This document shows positions 26,197 through 30,739 of a DNA stretch of 30,739 bases, one piece after another. The notes below the pieces were generated by a model. The model made no database searches. It worked only from the letters and a program-made list of their open reading frames with translations, and was not told the origin of the DNA. The translations under genes were made by a program, and so were the position numbers. The stretch comes from Candidatus Sericytochromatia bacterium. GTDB lineage: Bacteria; Cyanobacteriota; Sericytochromatia; S15B-MN24; UBA4093. Within the stretch, counting starts at the first letter, position 1, and each line of letters opens with the position of its first letter. The stretch spans positions 1 to 30,739 of the forward strand of contig JAKFCT010000063.1 of the NCBI GenBank assembly GCA_036676495.1. Reading direction: 5' to 3'.

Positions 26197-26210
26197 GCGG
26201 GGCTTTTTTG
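26183..26210 (+). terminator. Intrinsic terminator of the accessory operon
   Basis: AGCCCCGC-cgatga-GCGGGGCT-TTTTT; the RHH stop codon lies in the loop. Confidence 0.88.
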
Positions 26211-26218
26211 CTTTCTCC

Positions 26219-26416
26219 CTACCCCAGACCGAGACGCCTCTCGACCAATGGCATCAACGCGCCGACCACGCCCAACCGATATCCGAGCTCCCATGATTCC
26301 CGGTCCCGAGGTTCTAGGCCGGAAACGACGAGTACGCCCCAGGCCCTGTCGACCAGCTCTTCCAAGTCGAGGGAAGAGAGGTCCAAGGTGGGAATTGGGA
26401 TGGTGGAGTCGAGCAT
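26219..26416 (-). CDS. 65-aa hypothetical protein
   Basis: AGGAG SD before ATG; converges on the terminator. Confidence 0.6.
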   Translation of the reverse strand: MLDSTIPIPTLDLSSLDLEELVDRAWGVLVVSGLEPRDRESWELGYRLGVVGALMPLVERRLGLG

Positions 26417-26429
26417 GGGTGTGGCTCCT

Positions 26430-26457
26430 AGAAGAAGACCCGCCGGAATGGCGGGTC
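26430..26457 (-). terminator. Terminator-like hairpin after the response regulator
   Basis: GACCCGCC/GGCGGGTC stem followed by TTCTTCT on the minus strand. Confidence 0.6.
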
Positions 26458-26465
26458 AGGCAAGT

Positions 26466-26867
26466 CTATTGGTCGGGGTTAGCTGCCACCGAGTTGCCGG
26501 GCTTTGGTTGGAGGCCCAGCGATTCAAGGGCTGAGACTAGTGATTTAACCTTGATCGCCTTTTCCAGGCAGATCGTCGTCTCGGGATCGAGCAGGTCGCG
26601 GACGCGATCCTCGGATTCGGCCGTCACGAAGATGACCGGGACCTGGGTGGTGCGGGGGGATTGCCGCATCTTCCGACAGACGTCGTCACCGTTCATGAGG
26701 GGCAGGTTGATGTCGAGGATGACGGCCGCGGGAACGAAGTCTTCGATCGCATGCAGGGCTTCGATGCCGTTTCGGGCGATCCGGACGGCGTAGCCGAAGT
26801 CGTTAAGGCGACGGACCAGGAACTCGACGGTATCCGGGTTGTCTTCGACCAAGAGAATCTCAGGCAC
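26466..26867 (-). CDS. Single-domain response regulator (CheY-like receiver)
   Basis: ILLVEDN, ILDINLP (phospho-Asp), PVIFVTA, LEK; GTG start after GAGGTG. Confidence 0.92.
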   Translation of the reverse strand: MPEILLVEDNPDTVEFLVRRLNDFGYAVRIARNGIEALHAIEDFVPAAVILDINLPLMNGDDVCRKMRQSPRTTQVPVIFVTAESEDRVRDLLDPETTICLEKAIKVKSLVSALESLGLQPKPGNSVAANPDQ

Positions 26868-26885
26868 GGTCCACCTCAAAGCAAG

Positions 26886-26914
26886 GCGCTCGAAGGCCGA
26901 AGGCCTCCGAGCGC
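26886..26914 (-). terminator. Hairpin with C(UUCG)G loop between regulator genes
   Basis: Minus strand GCGCTCGGAGGCC-TTC-GGCCTTCGAGCGC followed by CTTGCTTT. Confidence 0.5.
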
Positions 26915-26924
26915 ATAGGGATGA

Positions 26925-27773
26925 CTACTTGATCTTGAGGGTCGCCTTGACCTTCTTGAGGGTCTCCGGCAGGTCCTCGGTCTGAATCTGGCCCATCAGC
27001 ATGAGGCGCAGATCCCGCTCGGGGACGTCGGACTCGAGCGCCAGACGGCGAACGTCGAGGTTGCGCTTGCCCATGCCCTGGAAGATCTTGACGACGATGG
27101 GCTCGTAGCGATCCTCGGGGGGGAAGATCTTGAGCATCTCGTCGGAGATCTTCTCGGCCGAGGAGGGGCCCTTGGCGTAGCCGCGCGCCAGCATCAGCTT
27201 GTTGACGAGCAGGTTCATGAAGACATGCTCGATGGCCAGCGGGTTGCGCTCGGCCCAATCCTGAACGGGGGCGAGGTACTCGGCGAAGGTCTCGGGAGCG
27301 AGGTCGAGAGCCTGGGCGATCTTCTCGATCACCTCGGGGTTGCGGGGGAACGGCACGTCACCGCGCAGGATCTCGTACATGTAGGTGCGGGAGATGTCCA
27401 CCCGACCGGCGAACTCCTGGCGCGAGAGGCCCAGTTCCTGCATCCGGCTCCAGAGCTTGCGGGTGGACTCGGGCAGCGAGCTGACCAGCACCTGGTACTC
27501 GGGGAAGACCATCGGGTCGATCTGGGCGACTTCGGCGAAGCGCTCGAGCGTCTCGCGAACCGTGGGGAACTTCACCTTGGCGTTGAAGATCCGCGACACG
27601 TACTCGTAGCTGAGTCCCGTCTCCTTGACGAAGGTCTTGCGGTTGACGCCCGCAAGCTCAAGGCTCCGCTTCAGGATGTCAATCGACGGGCTGCGCGGCC
27701 GGGTCGATGCGGTGGACTCGCCACGCACGGGCATGCGGCTGAGAGAACGAGCTCGGGTGTTCATGGCGATCAT
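26925..27773 (-). CDS. Multi-HTH (XRE-like) transcriptional regulator
   Basis: Two homologous XRE units (GLSYEYVSRIFNAKVKFP...FPEY; DISRTYMYEILRGDVPFP...FAEY) and a third HTH-like C-terminal unit. Confidence 0.8.
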   Translation of the reverse strand: MIAMNTRARSLSRMPVRGESTASTRPRSPSIDILKRSLELAGVNRKTFVKETGLSYEYVSRIFNAKVKFPTVRETLERFAEVAQIDPMVFPEYQVLVSSLPESTRKLWSRMQELGLSRQEFAGRVDISRTYMYEILRGDVPFPRNPEVIEKIAQALDLAPETFAEYLAPVQDWAERNPLAIEHVFMNLLVNKLMLARGYAKGPSSAEKISDEMLKIFPPEDRYEPIVVKIFQGMGKRNLDVRRLALESDVPERDLRLMLMGQIQTEDLPETLKKVKATLKIK

Positions 27774-28066
27774 CCTTTTCTATCAAAGGTTCTCGGTGGC
27801 TTGGCGACTGGTGGCAGGAACCGCTTCGCGGAGCATGCTTCCCGTCGTACTTGGTACGCTCATCATAACACCACGTTTCCGCGTAAGGCCCAATATATCA
27901 AAAAATTTAACATCAGAACGACAGCGATGACCGGATAACGAACCCATGGATTATCAGGTCATTTTCAGGTAGGCTGCATGAAACGGCCTTGCGGGCTACA
28001 ATGGAGGGAACCCGGCGGCCGGCTTTGGCGTCTAGGGAGTACATCGCGCTATAAGGAGTCCCACGG

Positions 28067-28873
28067 ATGAAGAAGACGCTTTTCGCCTCCACCCTGGCCC
28101 TTGCTACCTTGGCCTCGACGGGCTGTGCCCAGTTGCTGCTCGGAGGGTTGACAGCCGCTCAGGCGCTGCAGCCGATCTCTGACGAGCAGGAGATCGAGAT
28201 CGGCCGCGGGGCCGCTCACGAGGTCCTCAACGACTCCAAGACCGAGGTCTACACCCATTCGGGAGTGAATGCCTACGTGCAAGGGGTCGGCAAGCGCATG
28301 GCGGCGCGTTCCGAGCGTCCCAGCTTGCCGTGGGAGTTCCGGGTCATCCAGGATCCCGCGCTCAACGCCTTCGCCCTGCCGGGCGGGCAAATCTTCATCA
28401 CGACCGGGGCCTTGAAGGCCATGAAGAACGAGGCCGAGCTCGCGGGAGTGCTGGGGCATGAGGTGGCGCATGTCGCGCATAAGCACGGCATCGAGAAGCT
28501 CAAGCAGGCCATGGTGGCCCAGGGCGTGGCGATCGCCACCCTCGGATCCAGCCCGCAGATCGCCCAACAGGCCGGTTCCATCGCGCTCCAGCTGGTCTTG
28601 AACGGCCAGGGCCGCAGCGCCGAGCTTCAGGCCGATCGCTACGGCACGATCTACGGGGCCGGCGAGAGCTATTCGCCGCCCGCGCTGGGGGACTTCCTCA
28701 AGACCATCCACGCCTCCTCCGGCGCGACTCCCACCTGGCTGGGCGCGCTCTCGACGCATCCCCCGCTCGAGGAGCGCCTGGAGACCATCCGGCAGACCAT
28801 CGAGGAAAACCGCCTCAGCGGCTCCGTGATCCGGCAGTCCGAGTTCCTCGCGGCGACCGCCCCCCTGCGCTAA
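28067..28873 (+). CDS. M48 family zinc metallopeptidase lipoprotein
   Basis: Signal ending STGC, NAFALPGG, HEVAH, ELQAD, LSTHP. Confidence 0.93.
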   Translation: MKKTLFASTLALATLASTGCAQLLLGGLTAAQALQPISDEQEIEIGRGAAHEVLNDSKTEVYTHSGVNAYVQGVGKRMAARSERPSLPWEFRVIQDPALNAFALPGGQIFITTGALKAMKNEAELAGVLGHEVAHVAHKHGIEKLKQAMVAQGVAIATLGSSPQIAQQAGSIALQLVLNGQGRSAELQADRYGTIYGAGESYSPPALGDFLKTIHASSGATPTWLGALSTHPPLEERLETIRQTIEENRLSGSVIRQSEFLAATAPLR

Positions 28874-28962
28874 ACCCGGAGCCGCGCCCAAAATAGCGTC
28901 GCTTGTCGCTTCCCGTCCCCTTCCCCCCGGCCTACAATCCCGGAGAAGAAGGGGGGTGACCC

Positions 28963-29766
28963 ATGCTGGTTCGGGTCTTGCTGCTTTTCGGGCTCGTCTT
29001 TTCCCTCGCGACGACGGGGTGCGCGCAACTCTTGATCGGCGGCTTGACCGCCGCGCAGGCGTTGCAGCCGATCTCGGACGAGCAAGAGGTCGCCATCGGC
29101 AATGCCGCGGTGCAGCAGTTGGCCGCCGATCCGAACTTCCGTCTCTACTCCGGGCAAGCCCTCAACCAGTACGTCGCCCGGGTCGGGCTGAAGCTCGCCA
29201 AGGAAACCAGCCGGGCGAACCTACCCTGGCGCTTCGGCATCGTCGAGAGCAACGACCTCAATGCGTTCGCCCTGCCCGGAGGCGTGATCTGCGTGACCAC
29301 GGGCGCCCTCAAAGCCATGAAGAACGAGGCCGAGCTGGCGGCGGTCCTGGCGCATGAGATCGCGCACGTCGTCGAGCGGCATGGCATCGACCAGATGAAG
29401 CGGGCGATGGTGGCCCAGGGCCTCGCGATCGCGGCCCTTGGGACCAGCCCGCAAATCGCCCAGGCTGCCGGCAGCATCGCCTTGCAGATCGTGCTCAACG
29501 GCTACGGCCGTGACGCGGAGTTCGAGGCGGATCGCGTCGGCGCCCAGCTGGCCGCAGCCAACCGTTACGACCCCGAGGCCCTGGTGGGCTTCCTTCAGAC
29601 GATCGCCGCGCGCGGCGGAGAGGCCCCCGGCTGGCTGGTTCCCCTGTCCACCCACCCGTCCGTTCAGCAGCGCATTCAGGCCATCGAAGCGATCGTCCGC
29701 GAGCAGAAGCTGACGGGCTCGGTGACGAACGCGGAACAATTCAAGCGCGAGACCGCACCGCTCTGA
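28963..29766 (+). CDS. M48 family zinc metallopeptidase lipoprotein (paralog)
   Basis: Signal ending TTGC, NAFALPGG, HEIAH, EFEAD, LSTHP. Confidence 0.93.
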   Translation: MLVRVLLLFGLVFSLATTGCAQLLIGGLTAAQALQPISDEQEVAIGNAAVQQLAADPNFRLYSGQALNQYVARVGLKLAKETSRANLPWRFGIVESNDLNAFALPGGVICVTTGALKAMKNEAELAAVLAHEIAHVVERHGIDQMKRAMVAQGLAIAALGTSPQIAQAAGSIALQIVLNGYGRDAEFEADRVGAQLAAANRYDPEALVGFLQTIAARGGEAPGWLVPLSTHPSVQQRIQAIEAIVREQKLTGSVTNAEQFKRETAPL

Positions 29767-29892
29767 GCGGGCATGCCGCGAAAGGCCCGGTCGCGGTTAA
29801 GACTTCGTTGTATAATGGGGGCATTCTGCTCGACAACGGCGAGGGCGGGCTCCCGGGGACCGGGGTAACGCCTCGCGCAGGAGGAAGTCCCC

Positions 29893-30606
29893 ATGAATAA
29901 AGTCTACGCCAATGCCCCGGAGGCACTCAGCGGTCTCTTGCGGGACGGCATGACCCTGATGGTCGGAGGCTTCGGCCTCTGCGGCATCCCCGAGAACCTG
30001 ATCCTGGCGCTTCGCGACTCCGGAGTGAAGGATCTCACCATCATCTCCAACAACGCCGGAGTCGATGACTTCGGTCTCGGACTCTTGCTTCAGACCCGCC
30101 AGATCAAGAAGATGATCTCCAGCTACGTCGGGGAGAACAAGACCTTCGAGCGTCAACTGCTCGAGGGTTCCCTCGAGGTGGAACTGGTGCCCCAGGGCAC
30201 GCTCGCCGAGCGCATCCGGGCCGGCGGCGCCGGGATCGGCGCCTTCTTCACCCGCACCGGCGTCGGCACGCTGGTCGCCGAGGGCAAGGAGACCCGGGTC
30301 ATCGACGGCCACGAGTACGTCCTCGAGATGCCGCTCAAGGCCGACCTCGCGCTGGTCAAGGCCTGGAAGGGCGACACCACGGGCAACCTGGTCTTCCGCA
30401 AGACCGCCCGCAACTTCAACCCCATGATGGCCACCGCCGCGAAGACCACCCTCGTGGAGGTCGAGCAGATCGTGGAGGCCGGGGAGATCGATCCCGATCA
30501 CGTCCACACGCCGGGCATCTACGTCGACCGGATCCTGCAGGGCGTCGACTACGAGAAGCGTATCGAGCAGCGGACGGTTCGCCCCCGCGCCAAAGCTTCG
30601 GTTTAG
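29893..30606 (+). CDS. scoA: 3-oxoacid CoA-transferase subunit A
   Basis: [42 protein letters not shown]. Confidence 0.93.
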   Translation: MNKVYANAPEALSGLLRDGMTLMVGGFGLCGIPENLILALRDSGVKDLTIISNNAGVDDFGLGLLLQTRQIKKMISSYVGENKTFERQLLEGSLEVELVPQGTLAERIRAGGAGIGAFFTRTGVGTLVAEGKETRVIDGHEYVLEMPLKADLALVKAWKGDTTGNLVFRKTARNFNPMMATAAKTTLVEVEQIVEAGEIDPDHVHTPGIYVDRILQGVDYEKRIEQRTVRPRAKASV

Positions 30607-30618
30607 GAGAGGATCATC

Positions 30619-30739
30619 ATGCCATTGGATCGTAATCAGATCGCCCAGCGCATCGCTCAGGAACTGCGTGACGGCTACTACGTGAACCTGGGCATCGGCA
30701 TGCCGACCCTGGTGGCCAACTTCATTCCCGCCGGCATGG
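30619..30739 (+). CDS. scoB: 3-oxoacid CoA-transferase subunit B (runs off the window)
   Basis: [27 protein letters not shown], directly after subunit A. Confidence 0.92.
   Translation, partial: MPLDRNQIAQRIAQELRDGYYVNLGIGMPTLVANFIPAGM

Larger units (their letters stand above)
1970..26430 (+). mobile_element. Prophage late region (siphovirus-like packaging, head, tail, lysis and accessory genes); boundaries approximate
   Basis: Canonical co-oriented order terS-terL-portal-minor head-scaffold-capsid-connectors-tail tube-chaperone-tape measure-tail tip-lysis. No sheath gene; no att site identified. Confidence 0.9.

Noticed and set aside
19500-26430. Diversity-generating retroelement or invertible tail-fibre switch
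   Set aside because: No reverse transcriptase, recombinase or template/variable repeat pair seen.
25944-26534. 196-aa ORF (and the 69-aa ORF at 25732-25941)
   Set aside because: Pro/Arg/Ser-rich alternative frames; the 196-aa one crosses a terminator, and other frames have SDs and recognisable motifs.
26925-27773. Prophage CI repressor
   Set aside because: No S24 peptidase domain, no divergent cro or nearby integrase; neighbours look like host genes.

Overview
The window has three parts. (1) 1-~1969: end of an aldolase/short-chain dehydrogenase gene and a SulP anion transporter whose STAS domain appears cut off by an abrupt junction. (2) ~1970-~26430: the late half of a siphovirus-type prophage. 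It carries a tRNA-like element, two Cys-rich micro-ORFs, a ParB-fused DNA methyltransferase, terminase, portal, head and tail genes (with a -1 frameshifted tail chaperone), two modular receptor-binding proteins and a lysis cassette. It ends in a small self-contained accessory operon: a near-consensus sigma70 promoter overlapped by two identical 16-bp repeats, two small acidic ORFs and an unannotated ribbon-helix-helix-like ORF. No integrase, repressor or replication genes are in the window. (3) ~26430-30739: host-like genes (receiver-only response regulator, multi-HTH regulator, two tandem M48 lipoprotein peptidases, CoA-transferase subunits A/B). Best leads: the acr-aca-like accessory operon, a block-swapped carbohydrate-binding domain, a spanin-position protein with unusual predicted topology, and the aberrant tRNA. 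All family calls come from motif recognition by eye; no searches were run.
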